Under the pieces are notes generated by a model. It made no database searches. It was given only the letters and a program-made list of their open reading frames with translations, and was not told the origin of the DNA. 64,000 nucleotides of DNA from Octopus sinensis. Its lineage: Eukaryota. The translations under genes and the position numbers were made by a program. The stretch lies in contig NC_043007.1 of NCBI RefSeq assembly GCF_006345805.1, positions 16,368,001 to 16,432,000 of the forward strand. The letters are read 5' to 3'. Below, piece by piece: positions 40,021-53,870 of the stretch. How positions within the stretch are numbered: the stretch's first letter is position 1; every line of letters begins with the position of its first letter.

Positions 40021-41045
40021 TTTTGATAATAATAACAATAATTCTTTCTAATTTTGGCACAAGGCCAGCAATTTTGTGGAGTGGGGGCAAGTCAATACCA
40101 TCAGCCCTAGTCCTTGACCAGTATTTAATTTTCTTCAGTTATAGATTGAAAAATATGCTAGAGTCCCTCCCTCTCGCACTTTGCATAAGATGCAGTCAGA
40201 TTCACACGGGGAACAATAATGAAAAAAAGAAAATACAATGCAATAAAGAATAAACGTAGACAGACTGTCTCCAGGAGATTGGCAATGCTGGGAGATGTTG
40301 CAAAATATTGGTAAAACTGTTTGAGAGGAAATGGGGGGGGGAAGTAAATTATGATATTTCTGATTCCAGTTTTGCCTAACATCTGCTCCAAAGACTTTTA
40401 GATTTTTATCATGAATTTTTGAAATATCCATGACAAATCAATATGATTTAATTCAGTTATCTTTGGTGATGAATAATTGATCATGGGGGAAAAAACTTCC
40501 TGAGATGGTTATTAACAAGCTCTCTAAGTTATTGAACAAACAATATCAACATAAACAAATAATCATGGTGGTGGTGGTGATGATGATGAATATGATGATG
40601 ATCATGATGATGATGATGAAGAAGATTTCTGAAATAGAAATCTAAAATAGGTAGGAGGCCACAAATCTTAAGGCAGGATATAGTTGCTTGCATAGGTATG
40701 GGTATGGCTGTGTGGTTAAGAAGCTCACTTTGCAACCATGTGATTTGAGGTTCAGTCCCACTGCACAGCACCTTGGGCAAGTGGCCTTCTATTATAGTCC
40801 TTGTAAGTGGATATGATGGATGGAAACTGTGCAGAAGCCTGTTGTAATGTGTATACATGTGTGTGTGTGTGTGTGTGTGTGTGCTTTCAAAGCGAGCTTC
40901 TTAACTATATGATCACATCTATACTTGTGTGTGTGTGTGGTTTTCTTAATTGTTATTTGGCAGACGTTTTCCATGCCTGAAACTCTCAGCCCTTGAGTCA
41001 CTTTGTAACTTCTGTCAATTAAAAGTAAAAAATAAAATAGTTTAA

Positions 41046-41526
41046 CCCTTCAACATTTAAACAGGCCATATCAGGGTGTAAAGTATTTTACCCGTTTTAT
41101 GTTCAAACTGGACAGGTTCAGCCTCTCACACCTACCCTACAATGTCATTCTCAAAATAACCAATCATCATCATCATCATCAAACGTCCGTTTTCCATGCT
41201 AGCATGGGTTGGACGGTTCGACCGGATTCTGGGAAGCCAGGAGGCTGCACTAGACTCCAGTCTGATCTGGCAGAATTTCTACAGCTGGATGCCCTTCCTA
41301 ACACCAACCACTCCGTGAGTGTAGTGGGTGCTGTTTACGTGTCACCAGCACAGGTGCCAGGGGAAGCTGGCAACGGCCACAATCGGTTGGTGCTTTTTAT
41401 GTACCGCCGGCATGGAAGCCAATCCCATCATCAAAATCTCAAAACTACAGGATAATACATGATTTACTCTAAGCAGTGTGAATAAATAAGCATTACATTT
41501 GACAGAGTAACCAGAATGCTAAATGG
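41046..41526. mobile_element. piggyBac-like MITE (family P1) interrupted by a SINE at about 41164-41424
   Basis: TTAA ends. The MITE sequence resumes at catcatcaaaatctc after the SINE, colinear with 25517-25734. Confidence 0.75.
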
Positions 41527-42311
41527 TTAAAACTCAGTAAAATCTTTAGCTAAGAGGAATTATTCAGAACCAAATTGTCTACTGGGAATGTTAACCAATA
41601 GTAGTAGATTGGTATCTTGTCCAAGAGAAGATTTATCTCATTTGTTTGAATGCCATGAGACCACACTTAAGCACACACTCTCTCTCTCTCTTACATGCCT
41701 CTTAGTGCTTAAGAGATATTTATATTTTCACATCTCAACCACTTAACTTAGGCGCGGATTATCAGGGTGACAGGTGACCACTTATCATCAATCACTCTAT
41801 ACTTACTGGGGTGTTTACACAGAAAATAGATCCACCCCACCCTATCTTTTTAAAAGATTCTGACCTACCCGTTTTTATTTTCATTTTAAATTTTGTCTCT
41901 TTGGTGGATTTTAAATGTCTATCAGAAATTCTTGTCAACATCCTACTGTATTTAATTTAGCATGAAACAATTAGATCAACTACCAACGTTGAAATTGCTT
42001 GAGATACTATCAGGACTCGTTTGTTCTGTAAAGTATCAGCTGATAATCTATATTTGTATCTATCAACGCTCTTGTTCTTTCTCTCTCGTCTTCCTGTCAG
42101 GCAAACTTTTGTGGGAAACATGTAAAGTACATGCAATCATCACGCAGAATTGTCAAAGTGTTGACAAGAATGTCTCACATTATTCATTCGGACTGTCTGC
42201 ATTCTCAATGCAATTCCCATTGAAGACAACTTTACTTTTCGCCCTTTGGGGAATTGATAAAAAGTACTACTGTATTTTTGTATTTTCTGACATTAAGAAT
42301 TGACATAGTAT

Positions 42312-42620
42312 ATACTCTTTTACTCTTTTACTTGTTTCAATCATTTGACTGTGGGTATGCTGGAGCACCACCTTTTAGTCGAGCAAATCGACCCCAGGAT
42401 TTATTCTTTGTAAGCCTAGTACTTATTTTATCAGTCTCTTTTGCCGAACCGCTAAGTTACGGGGACGTAAACACACCAGCATCGGTTGTCAAGCAATGTT
42501 GGGGGGACAAACACAAACACACAAACACACACATACATATATCTATATATACTTATATACGACAGGCTTCTTTCAGTTTCCGTCTACCAAATCCACTCAC
42601 AAGGCTTTGGTTGGCTCGAG
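42312..42620 (-). mobile_element. SINE family B (partial)
   Basis: 3' two-thirds of the B consensus. Similar partial copies lie at about 2500-2885, 17100-17280, 37225-37480, 46040-46385 and 62760-62990. Confidence 0.8.
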
Positions 42621-42622
42621 GT

Positions 42623-42661
<39 letters not shown>

Positions 42662-42993
42662 GTATCATCATCATCATCGTTTAACGTCCGTTTTTCATGC
42701 TAGGATGGGTTGGACGGTTCAACTGGGGTCTGGGAAGTCAGAAGGCTGCGCCAGGCCCAGTCTGATCTGGCAGTTTTTCTACAGCTGGATGCCCTTCCTA
42801 ACGCCAACCACTCCAAGAGTGTAGAGGGTGCTTTTTACGTGCCACCTGCACAGGTGCCAGACGAGCTGGCAACGGCCACAATTGGATGGTGCTTTTTACA
42901 TGCCAGTGGCACGGAGGCCAGTCAGGGCGGCGCTGGCAACAGCCACGTTGGATGGTTCTCTTACGGTATCACAGCTACAATTTCCATTAATGT

Positions 42994-43034
<41 letters not shown>

Positions 43035-44533
43035 CAGACCTCTATGCAGTTTCCATCTTCCGAGTTCACTCACAAGGCATTGGTTGTCCTCGGGCTGTAG
43101 TAGAAGACATGCCCAAGGTGCTGTGCAATGGGACTGTACCTGAAACCACATGGTTGCAAAGCAAGCTTCTTAACCACAACAGCTGTGCCAGCATTTGTTT
43201 GTCATGAAAACCTATTTATTTATTTTGTAAGATGAAGAACATAACCAGCTGGGCCAAGCCCAGGATATTAGGTAATAAGAGAGCCTGTCAATAGTTGCCC
43301 TAATTTTTAGAAATAGCAGTCAAGTCTCTCTCAAATCACAATCTGTTATTCTAAATACAGAGAAATATAATCGTTTGTAACTGATATGCAAAAGAGAAAG
43401 ATGGTCATGGTTGAAATTCCTCTCATCATATTGTAGATCTGCTCATTGTGGGCTAACCCTGGGTTAAACAACAACTTCAGTCTGTTACTGTTGCATATTG
43501 AATCGATCTTGGTGAGGAAATATGAAATGAACCCCCATGAGATAAATTAATTCTGTATGGAATAAATAAACCCTGCATCATCTCATGCCACCTGGTCCCC
43601 CACCACACACACACATACACAGAGAGACACACACACACACACACACGCACACGCGCGCGCGCACGCACACACACACACACGTGTGCGCACAATCCAGTGC
43701 TCTGAGTCGGGACTTCATTTTATCAACCCCCGAATAGATGAAATGCAATGTGAATCTCAATGGGATTTGAACTCAAAGCGCAGGGAACTGGAACAAATAC
43801 CACGAGACATCCCGTCTGATGACAGTCTTATGGTTCCACCAATTCACTCCTTTGTATTACCACCTTTTCTTATATACAAGTCGAATTTATCAGACTCAAA
43901 TTTACAGCCCAAAAAAGGTAGTTCCACCCACTTATACTCCAAGAGACTTTAGTTAAGCTAGTTAACCAGCTCCCTCTGTGGGCAAGACACTCCATTTCAA
44001 TTAGTTAACTGAGGCAGAAAGGCCAAACACAATAATAATAATAATAATAATAATAATTGTGTACAGTGCTCAGATGCACTACAACTCATCTAAAGTGTAT
44101 ATATAATCAGGTGTAGTTTCGGCGGATTTCAGAAAGCATGAGGGCCTTAAAGGATGCAGTATCATACTTCAAACAAATTAGTGAAATAATTTCCGGTTGC
44201 TTCTTCTAAGTGTCTAAAAATTCCTTGATGAAATTCAGAATTAAGTTGTAAAGATGGTGGTTCCTTTTCTTTCTGCTTGTTTGGTATCTTTAACTAATTG
44301 TCAAAATGTACATTATTTGTCTTCTCTATAAATATTTCCATGATCATTGTTCTGATGACCTTTCTGGTTTAGAATCCTCTCTTAGGACCTTTAAACATAT
44401 CACCTGCTTCCCTTCCCAGGTACATTGTTTCTGTTGAGCTTCGTTTTAGTCGTAAGTCCTTTTATTCTAATTAGATTCTTTCCTGAAACAACTACTCTCT
44501 GGAACTTACTATCATCTTGTCTTCATCTATTCT

Positions 44534-45132
44534 TATTTCTTTATTGTCCACAAGGGGCTAAACATAGAGGGGAGAAACAAGGACAAACAAAAGGATTAAG
44601 TCGATTACATCGACCCCAGTGCATAACTGGTACTTAATTTATCGACCCCGAAAGGATGAAAGGCAAAGTCGACCTCGGCGGAATTTGAACTCAGAATGTA
44701 GCGGCAGACAAAATACCTATTTCTTTACTACCCACAAGGGGCTAAACACAGAGGGGACAAATAAGAACAGATAAATGGATTAAGTCGATTACATCGATCC
44801 CAGTGCGTAACTGGTACTTAATTTATCGACCCCAAAAGGATGAAAGGCAAAGTCAACATCAGCGGAATTTGAACTCAGAGCATAAAGACAGACGAAATAC
44901 CTATTTCTTTACTACCCACAAGGGGCTAAACTCAGAGAGGACAAACAAGAACAGACAAACGGATTAAGTCGATTACATCAACCCCAGTGCATAACTGGTA
45001 CTTAATTTATCGACTCCGAAAGGACGAAAGGCAAAGTCAACCTCAGTGGAATTTGAACTCAGAACATAAAGACAGACGAAATAGCGCTAAGCATTTCACC
45101 TGACGTTCTAACGTTTCTGCCAGATCACCGCC
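44534..45132 (-). mobile_element. SINE family C, 3-unit form
   Basis: 17-bp TSD ttgtcttc(a/c)tctattct at 44517-33 and 45133-49. Period about 182 bp. Confidence 0.88.
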
Positions 45133-46123
45133 TTGTCTTCCTCTATTCTATGATATTCAGTTTTTTAGGCTTTTGAATTTGCAGGCCTCTTCAGTTCCTT
45201 CTTTGTAGTCCATTACATTACTGTGGCTTCAAGCCTTGTCTGGAACAAAATTAAATATCAGAAAAGTTGCTGCTGCTTTCATTGCTATGGCATATTAATT
45301 CTATCAACTGCATGCAAATAGCTTATTAATCATAATACATATAAACGGTTAATTAGCTACATTAATTGCACCCTAATGACTCATTACATGCATTAAATAC
45401 GCACAAATGGAATATTAGCCATTATTAAATGCAGAATTAGTTTTATCTTATATCTTTTACTTGTTTCAGTCACTGAACTGCAGTCACACTAGAGCACCAT
45501 ATTGGAAAATTTATTCTACAAGTCGCTTTTGTGGAACCACTAAGTTACAGGAACAGAAACAAACCAATATTGGTTGTCAGGCGATGGTGGGGAACAAACA
45601 CGTACAGATATACATCTCTATACATATATGATAAGCTTCCACACAGTTTCTGTTTACGAAATTCACTCACATGGCCGATGCCAGTACCCCCTGACTGGTT
45701 CTCATGCCGGTGGTATATAAAAAGCACCAACAAAACATGGCCGATGCCAGTGCCCCACAACTGGCCCCAGTGTTGGTGGCACGTAAAAAGCACTATCTGA
45801 ACGTGATCAATGCCAGGCCCACCTGACTGGCTCCAATGATAGTGGCACGTAAAAAGCACCCACTACACTCTTGGAGTAGTTGGCATTAGGAAGGGCATCC
45901 AGCTGTAGAAACTATGCCAGATCAGACTGGAGCCTGATGCAGCCGTTGGCTCTCCAGACATCAGTCAAACTATTCAACCCATGCCAGCATGGAAAACAGA
46001 CATTAAATGATGATGATGATGGTATTGGTCAGCTTGAGGCTAAACATGTGTATCACCTATAAGAAACTTACCCAAGGTGTCACACAGTGGGACTGAACCC
46101 AAAACCATGTTGCAATGTGCGCT

Positions 46124-46163
<40 letters not shown>

Positions 46164-46797
46164 GTATGTGTTTGTGTGACTGTGTTTGTCCCTTCAACAT
46201 CGCTTGACAACCGATGCTGGTGTGTTTACGTCCCCGTAACTTAGTGGTTCAGCAATAGAGACACCGATAGAATAAGTACTAGGCTTACAAAGAATAAGTC
46301 CTGGGGTCGATTTGCTCGACTAAAGGCGGTGCTCCCACATGGCCACAGTCAAATGACTAAAAACAAGTAAAAGAGTAAAGAGTAGAGTAGTAATAATAAT
46401 CCTTGAGGTGTGCTGCCCCAATTATTAAGCTTGTGAAAGTTATTGAAGAAACACCCTTATAGGTATACTTGCTGTATCCCTGTTTTAGATTAAGTACACA
46501 ACATCCCTATGTATTTTAAAACATGACTAAAAGGGATTGGCAGCAGCAGCAACACAGGGCGTCTGGCTTTTAAACATTACCTCAGAAAACCCATTGAATC
46601 TATGCCTACTTGGAAACGAAGACATGAAAATGATAATAATGATGAGGATGGTGGCAGTGGTAGTGATGATGAAGGAGTGGTAGTGATGATGGAGTGGCAG
46701 TGGTGGCGGTGGTGGTGGTGATGACACTTATAGGAGTGTTTATAAAGGCACTTATGGGTGTGTACATATATTTATAGATATAGATGAATATATATAT

Positions 46798-46897
46798 AAC
46801 AGTAAAATAAAACTTTATATTTGCAAAATGTTGCAGACCAATTTTATTCATTTTATATATGTGTATATATATATGTGTATATATATATGTGTATATA

Positions 46898-46939
<42 letters not shown>

Positions 46940-46997
46940 TAAAATGAATAAAATTGGGCTGCAACATTTTGCAAATCTAAAGTTTTATTTTGCTGTT
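46798..46997. repeat. Inverted repeat centred on a (TA)n microsatellite
   Basis: Arms of about 75 bp, aacagtaaaataaaactttatatttgcaaaatgttgcagaccaattttattc..., with 3 mismatches. Confidence 0.9.
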
Positions 46998-47840
46998 TCC
47001 TCTGTATCAACTTTAAGATTATGGAATTTGGCAATCTGTGCAAGAAATGTATACTGTGATAATGAGACTGGGGGAAAAAGGTAGTAAATGGTTTTGTGTG
47101 TGTGTGTGTATAGTACATCAGCTAAGGTCACGTGACTTGCTAGTTTTGCTTTATGAATCGTGCTGCTATCAAGCCAAATTGGCAAAAGAAAAACCTACCT
47201 AAAATGGAAATATTCTGATGTGTAAATAAAGAAATATGGAAATATTCCAGCATCTTAATGAAATTATCGTCATTTAGCTGGAAAACAAAAGAATCTATTT
47301 ATTTATTCATTTATTTATTTATTCATTATGACAGAAGTCTTCAGAGGATAATCAAAACCAGAGAATTTGCAGACATACAATGAAGACATCTTAGAATTTT
47401 ATAGAATATGTAGGTTTTACTTGGCATGGGAAGATATTCTTATATCAGATAAAATTCCATATATGCAGGAAACTTTATCCCATGATTCTGTTTACTTACC
47501 ACTTTTCATGCTGTAATAGTTTGTCCTTAAAAAGCTATACAAAATATTCAGCTGTTTTATCTGAGAATTGTCAGGTAGCCTGTTAGTTCCTGTTTAGTAA
47601 ACCTGATAGCTACCCTGCCCAAACTTTATTTTTATCTGTCTTCTTCTACTGTCTGTTGATGAGGTGGGAAGTAATTAGTTTTCTAATGAGTTCATTTAAT
47701 CAGAGAACGGTTTGCTCAGTAGATTAACATGCAAGATACAGCTATATTTAACCTATTTTTGGTTTCATTCAACTCACTGCTTTTTTTGTCTGGCCAAATA
47801 GGTAGAAAGCATTTTACAGTATTTGGTTGCATTCCTTTAA

Positions 47841-48061
47841 CCCTTTCCTTACCAACCCGGCTGAAACCGGCTCTGGCTCTGTTGTACAAATGTCTTATTT
47901 TCTTAAGTTTTGAATTAAAATCTTCCACCAAACCTTTGTCACAATTTATATTCCTAACACTAGCTGAATGATAACTAAGTTATTTTACTAAATTCTTTGT
48001 TATATTTAAAGTAATTGAAAGAAACACAGAGCATCTCAAAATAAATACAGTAACGAAAGGG
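47841..48061. mobile_element. TTAA-flanked piggyBac-like MITE (family P2)
   Basis: TTAA|ccctttccttac ... gtaacgaaaggg|TTAA. A further fragment lies at about 25004-25051. Confidence 0.75.
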
Positions 48062-48274
48062 TTAAGTACTAACTTCAGATCTCATCAAAGTTCACTTTAC
48101 CCTTCATATTTCCAGGATTGTAAATACTGACCACGCAGTTGTGTTGATTTAATGAACTTTATGCTCCCACCAAATTTGCACCTTTGCAAAAATTCAGTAT
48201 TGTCTAAACCCCAAAATTACCCTTAATTGGACAGACTATAACACACACACAAAAAAAAAACAATCAAGTATACT

Positions 48275-48447
48275 CTTTTACTCTTTTACTTGTTTCAGTC
48301 ATTTGACTGTGGCCAGGACTTATTCTTTGTAAGCCTAGTACTTATTCTATCAGTCTCTTGCTGACCTGCTAAGTTACAGGGACGTAAACACACCAGCACC
48401 GGTTGTCAAGCGATGTTGGGGGGACTAACACAGACACACAAACATAT

Positions 48448-48498
<51 letters not shown>

Positions 48499-48675
48499 AT
48501 ATATACATACACATACATATATATGACAGACTTCTTTCAGTTTCCAAATCCACTCAAGGCTTTGGTCGGCTCGAGGCTATAGTAGAAGATGCCCAAGGTG
48601 CCATGCAGTGGGACTGAACCCAGAACCATGTGGTTGGTAAGCAAGCTAGTTACCACACAGCCACTCCTATGCCTA
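48275..48675 (-). mobile_element. SINE family B
   Basis: Colinear with the other B copies, with a small internal deletion. Confidence 0.8.
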
Positions 48676-50370
48676 TGTGTATACAAATTTTTTTTCAGTT
48701 ATTTTTAATCAGATGGGAATCAAGGGCTCTCTGAGACTGGTGATGGGACCTGGCCCAAAATATTACCTAATTCACCTTTAGATGAAGAAAAAGGGCTAAT
48801 AGGACAGAAAAGAAAGATAAATCTCCTTCTAGACTGGATGTAACACTGTCAAAGGTGGCATTCTCAGAATGCTTTCAGTGCCTGAGATGTTTGTTCTGCA
48901 GGAGTTGTGCAGACAATTCCTTGACATTGTTACCATCATAAAATTCAGTGACTGGGCCGTTTGAAAAGTTGTAAACTAACCAGTCAGCAGCACTATTGTT
49001 CCTTCTAATTTGTGATATAAAATTTAGAAGCAAAACTAAAAACAAAAATTAGTCGGTATAATCGATAGCTATTCGTTCATGCCGAATAAATGATTTTGTT
49101 GGTTAATTAATTCACCACATGATTAAAATATCAAGAATACCTGATTTTTGCTAATTACATCTTTTAATGTAAGAGCTTAGAAAATTATTTTGAATGGTGA
49201 TGCTGTCAGTGGGAGAAGTGGCGGCAATGGTGGCAGTGGTGACTCATCTGTTGATGGAATGATTATAGGTTTTCCAGCTAGAAACTCTGAAAGCAATGGT
49301 AATTTACTGTATGGCACCATCAGAATTTAAATCATCTCTACCACCTTCACTCTGGGGTACAATTAGTTCAACAGCATAAGAATGGCTGTAGTTATAAGAC
49401 TAAGGGTACATCTGTACAGGGAACTCTGCAATGCAAGGGACTATCTGGGTTCCTAGATTATCATCTGGTCAGAGGCAAACCTTACCTCATAAAATATTTA
49501 ATTTAATTATTAATTCAAAAATGTTTCCTTCAAATCAACAAAGAGCATTTTGTCATGTTTCTGGGGCTGAGAAAATCATCTCAATTCACTTCATTGTTTT
49601 TAAATTGAATATTTAATGTTGATGACAATGACAAGGGACTGTGTGTGCAACTTGGGTGGAACAAATATTACAAGTGGTGAAAGCACAGGTTGATAAATAT
49701 TCTAGCTGATGCTTACATGTTATGCTGAAAAAGAAGGTACACACACAGGCGTAGGAGTGGCTGTGTGGTAAGAAGCTTGCTTACCAACCAGCAGTACATT
49801 GCGTTTTTTAGCTAAAACTTCATTGCACATCACTCTAGTTCACTCAGCTTTTAAATGGATAACACTGCAATGGACTGATGTCACATTTAGGAGAAATGTT
49901 GGCCTACTCACCTTCACAGCAGGGTAGCATCATTCAAAAGCTAAAACAAGGTGAGGATATGTTTCTTTATTAGCCACACAGGGCTGAACACAGACAGGAC
50001 AGATTACAAAGTAGAGCTTTTCTTTGGGGGGAGAAAAAAAAAAAGAAAAAAGTGGAGTAGGTTTTCGATCGAAAGGGATCGTAAAATGGAAAAAAAAAAA
50101 GAAAAAACCATCAATAGGGATCTTGTATCACAGAAATGTCATGACGTAAACAAGGTGAGGATAGACATGACCAGTGGAGTGTATCATTTGATAGTTGATA
50201 CAGTGACATATATAAACACACACACACACGTACATATATGAATATAGATAAGACAAATGAGAGAGAGAGAGAGGGGGATACAGAGATATAACAGGCTTCT
50301 GTGTCATTTCTGCCTATCATTATCCACTTGCCAGGCATTGCTGAACATCAAGACTATAGAAGAAAACACT

Positions 50371-51217
50371 AAAGGTGGAGAGCTGGCAGAAACATTAGCA
50401 CGCCGAGCGAAATGCTTAGGAGTATTTCATCTGCCGTTACGTTCTGAGTTCAAATTCCGCCATGGTCAACTTTGCCTTTCATCCTTTCTGGGTCGATAAA
50501 TAAAGTACCAGTTTCGCACTGAGGAGTGGGGTCGATGTAATCGACTTAATCTGTTTGTCTGCCCTTGTTTGTCCCCTCTATGTTTAGCCCCTTGTGGTTA
50601 ATAAAGAAATAGGTATTTCATCTGCCGTTATGCTCTGAGTTCAAATTCTGCCTAGTATTTCGTCTGCCGCTACGTTCTGAGATCAAATTCCGCCAAGGTC
50701 GACTTTGCCCTTCATCCTTTCGGGGTCGATAAATAAAGTACCAGTTACACACAGGGATCGATGTAATCGACTTAATCCGTTTGTCTGCCCTTGTTTGCCC
50801 CCTCTATGTTTAGCCCCTTGTGGTTAATAAAGAAATAGGTATTTCATCTGCCGTTATGCCCTGAGTTCAAATTCTGCCAAGGTTGACTTTGCCTTTCATC
50901 CTTTCGGGATCGATAAAAGAAGTACCAGTTTCGCACTGGGGAGGGGGGGGGGGCGATGTAATCGACTTAATCCGTTTGTCTGCCCTTGTTTGTCCCCTCT
51001 ATGTTTAGTCCCTTGTGGGTAATAAAGGAATAGGTTTTACGTCTGCCGTTATGCTCTGAGTTCAAATTCCGCCGAGGTTGACTTTGCTTTACATCCTTTC
51101 GGTGTTGATAAATAAAGTACCAGTTTCGCACTGGAGTCAATGTAATCGACTTAATCCATTTGTCTGTCTTTGTTTGTCCCCTCTGTGTTTAGCCCCTTGT
51201 GGGCAATAAAGAAAATA
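50371..51217 (+). mobile_element. SINE family C, 4-unit form plus a 41-bp partial unit, nested in a B-like SINE
   Basis: 16-bp TSD tatagaagaaaacact at 50355-70 and 51218-33. Confidence 0.88.
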
Positions 51218-52449
51218 TATAGAAGAAAACACTTGTCCACAATAACTTACAGTCAGATTGAACTGAAAACCACTCCCTAACCACACAGCCATACCTGATT
51301 GGTGCTATTTCAGTTATACTTCGCCTGTTGATGGTTATGTATGGGATGTTGGTCAGGTGCTATTTTCGTTTTGGCTTCAAAACTAATTTCCTGACCCTGG
51401 TCACCATTCTCTTTGACACTTTTAAACTCAAGTCAGTTTACATTACCGGTGTGATGGTGGTAGTCATGGTGATGATGGCAATGGACACTGGTGGTGAAGG
51501 TGGTTGTGGCAGTGACAAGGATGAAGGTGGTGATGGTTGTGGCAGCATTAGTGGAGGAAGAAGAGGATGGTGGTGTTTGTGAAGGTGATGGTGTTTGCAA
51601 AAGTGGTGGTGGCAGTGGTGGTGTTTGTGAAAGTGGTAGCGGTAATGATGGTTGCGAAGGTGGTGGCAGTTATTGTGATGGTGATAAAGGTAGTGGCACT
51701 AGTAGTAGTGGGGGGGGTGAAGGTATTGATTGGGGGTGAGTAGTAGTGCTGGTGGTGGTGGTGGCATGGGTAGTGGGGAGGCGTCTACAAGTGAACATTC
51801 TAGTTTATAGACTTAACCTTCAGGTAAGACGTAAGCTGCTGTTCTATGTCTACATCTAGAACTATTTAAAAATATCGGTAATTAATTTTCAGCACAAAGA
51901 ACGAACCATTTAACATCAATCTTGATCCACACACTTCTGTTCTAAAATAAACATCACTGACTTTACTTTGACAGCTTTTCACTCTGCTAAAAGTTAATGA
52001 AAATACTTGGCAATTACATAAGTATACAAGTGCAACCATAATGTTCTACGAAACACCACTGGAGTGTTGACTTCTATATTATTGTTATGGTTGTTTACCC
52101 CTTGGTAGGTCCTGATCCAGCAGGCTTATGATTAAAAAGGCTTCCAGTCATGACTACCTCATCTGGTTTTTGTTTGTTTGGTTTTTTCTTTCAAACATAA
52201 TGTTTGTAATTACGGAGATGTACTTGCATAGCAAGTGACTTGATCTGAGTTCGTGTGCTAGAACGAAAACAATTGCAGCGTGGAAGGTGTTTATAAGCCA
52301 TTTAAGAAACACACAAAAACTGTTAGATTCTCTTCAACATTTAAATTTAATCTGTCGAAATATTTTCGTTGCTTTGAGACTGACAAAACTTTGTGCTGGT
52401 TCACTTTATTTGATGTGGCCATTTTTTTTTTTTTTTTTTTGCAAAGATG

Positions 52450-53010
52450 GTAAAGGGTAAGGGTAAAGACCCCCTTTGGTCTGAATGACCATGGGATTAC
52501 ACCTAGAAAGTTCCCCTTGAAGGTACAAGTCCAGGTAAGGCTGTTTTATGGAAGACCAACAGTCATTCATGCATACCAGTTTCGCACTGGGGGGGTCCAT
52601 GTAATCGACTTAATCCGTTTGTCTGCCCTTGTTTGTCCCCTCTATGTTTCTGCCAAGGTTGACTTTGCCTTTCATCCTTTCGGGATCGATAAAAGAAGTA
52701 CCAGTTTCGCACTGGGGTCAATGTAATAGACTTCAACCGTCTGTCTGTCTTTGTTTGTCCCCTCTATGTTTAGCCCCTTGTGGGTAGTAAAGAAACATAT
52801 AGTAAAAAACACTTCCATACCAGCCTCCTCTCTCCATGCCAAGCCATCAATGTTATCCAAGGGAAAGGCAAAGACCAATACAGCTTGGCACCGGTGACAT
52901 CACAACTCGTTTCTACAGCTGAGTGAACTGGAGCAACATGAAACAAAATGTCTTGCTCAAGAACACAACACGCAGCTCAGTCTGGGAATCAAACTCACTA
53001 CCTCTTAGCT
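52450..53010 (-). mobile_element. SINE family E interrupted by a family-C-derived segment (about 52573-52815)
   Basis: Colinear with 34930-35262 on both sides of the interruption. ataccag is present at both junctions. Confidence 0.75.
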
Positions 53011-53459
53011 ATGCCTTGAAAGTTTATTTGGTCAATTGGAATTGTAAGAAGCTTGTTGTGCGTGTGGGTGCAGGCACACGCAATATTAACATACCTAGGC
53101 TTTGCTTGTTACTGCTAATGATGTGATATTTATACACCTTGTTGACATTACAATCAATGACATTACAATCAATAGCTCTGTGCTTTCAAATAACCCATGA
53201 AATGAAAAAATTCCTTACTTGAAAAACAGGTAAGGATTAGGAACAGGAAGAGTATCTAGCCACAAAATCCTACCTCAAATAAGTCTTCAGCCGACACATG
53301 CTAACATAGAAAAATAGAAGTCATACAAATGAATAAATGAAGATATATATATATTTGTAGGATGCTAGGAAGTTACCTTTCTGGTTTTTTCCAATGTCAT
53401 TTGCAATATTTATATTCAGCTCTGTTTTCTAATAAAACAATTAAGTTATTTTTAAAATT

Positions 53460-53870
53460 TTTTGTCTGTATGTATGTGTGTATATATGTGTGTGAGTGTG
53501 TGTATGTATGTTTTTATTTGTATGTATGTATGTATGCATTTGCATATGTATGTGTATGTATGCCTGTGTGTGTATGTATGCCTGTGTGTATATATGTATG
53601 TATACATGTATGTATATATGTATGCATGTGTATATATATATATGTATGTAGGCATGTGTGTATATATGTGTATGTATGTAAGCATGTGTGTATATATGTG
53701 TATGTATGTAGGCATGTGTGTGTATATATGTGTATGTTTGTATGTATATGCATGTATGTATGTATGTATGTGTGTGTGTTTGTATGTATATACATGTATG
53801 TATGTGTGTATGTATGTATGTATGTGTATGTATGTGTATATGTATTTATGTATATGCATGTATGTATATA
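53460..53870. repeat. (TG/TA)n, (TATG)n compound microsatellite
   Basis: Direct inspection. Confidence 0.97.

Noticed and set aside
42075-42250. Strong polypyrimidine acceptor (AG at 42099-100)
   Set aside because: No calpain-like peptide in any frame and no convincing donor. A UTR exon cannot be excluded without transcripts.
44534-45132. Regularly spaced repeats (also 50371-51217 and 60070-60750) as possible CRISPR-like arrays
   Set aside because: The units are contiguous with no unique spacers, the context is eukaryotic, and no cas genes are present.
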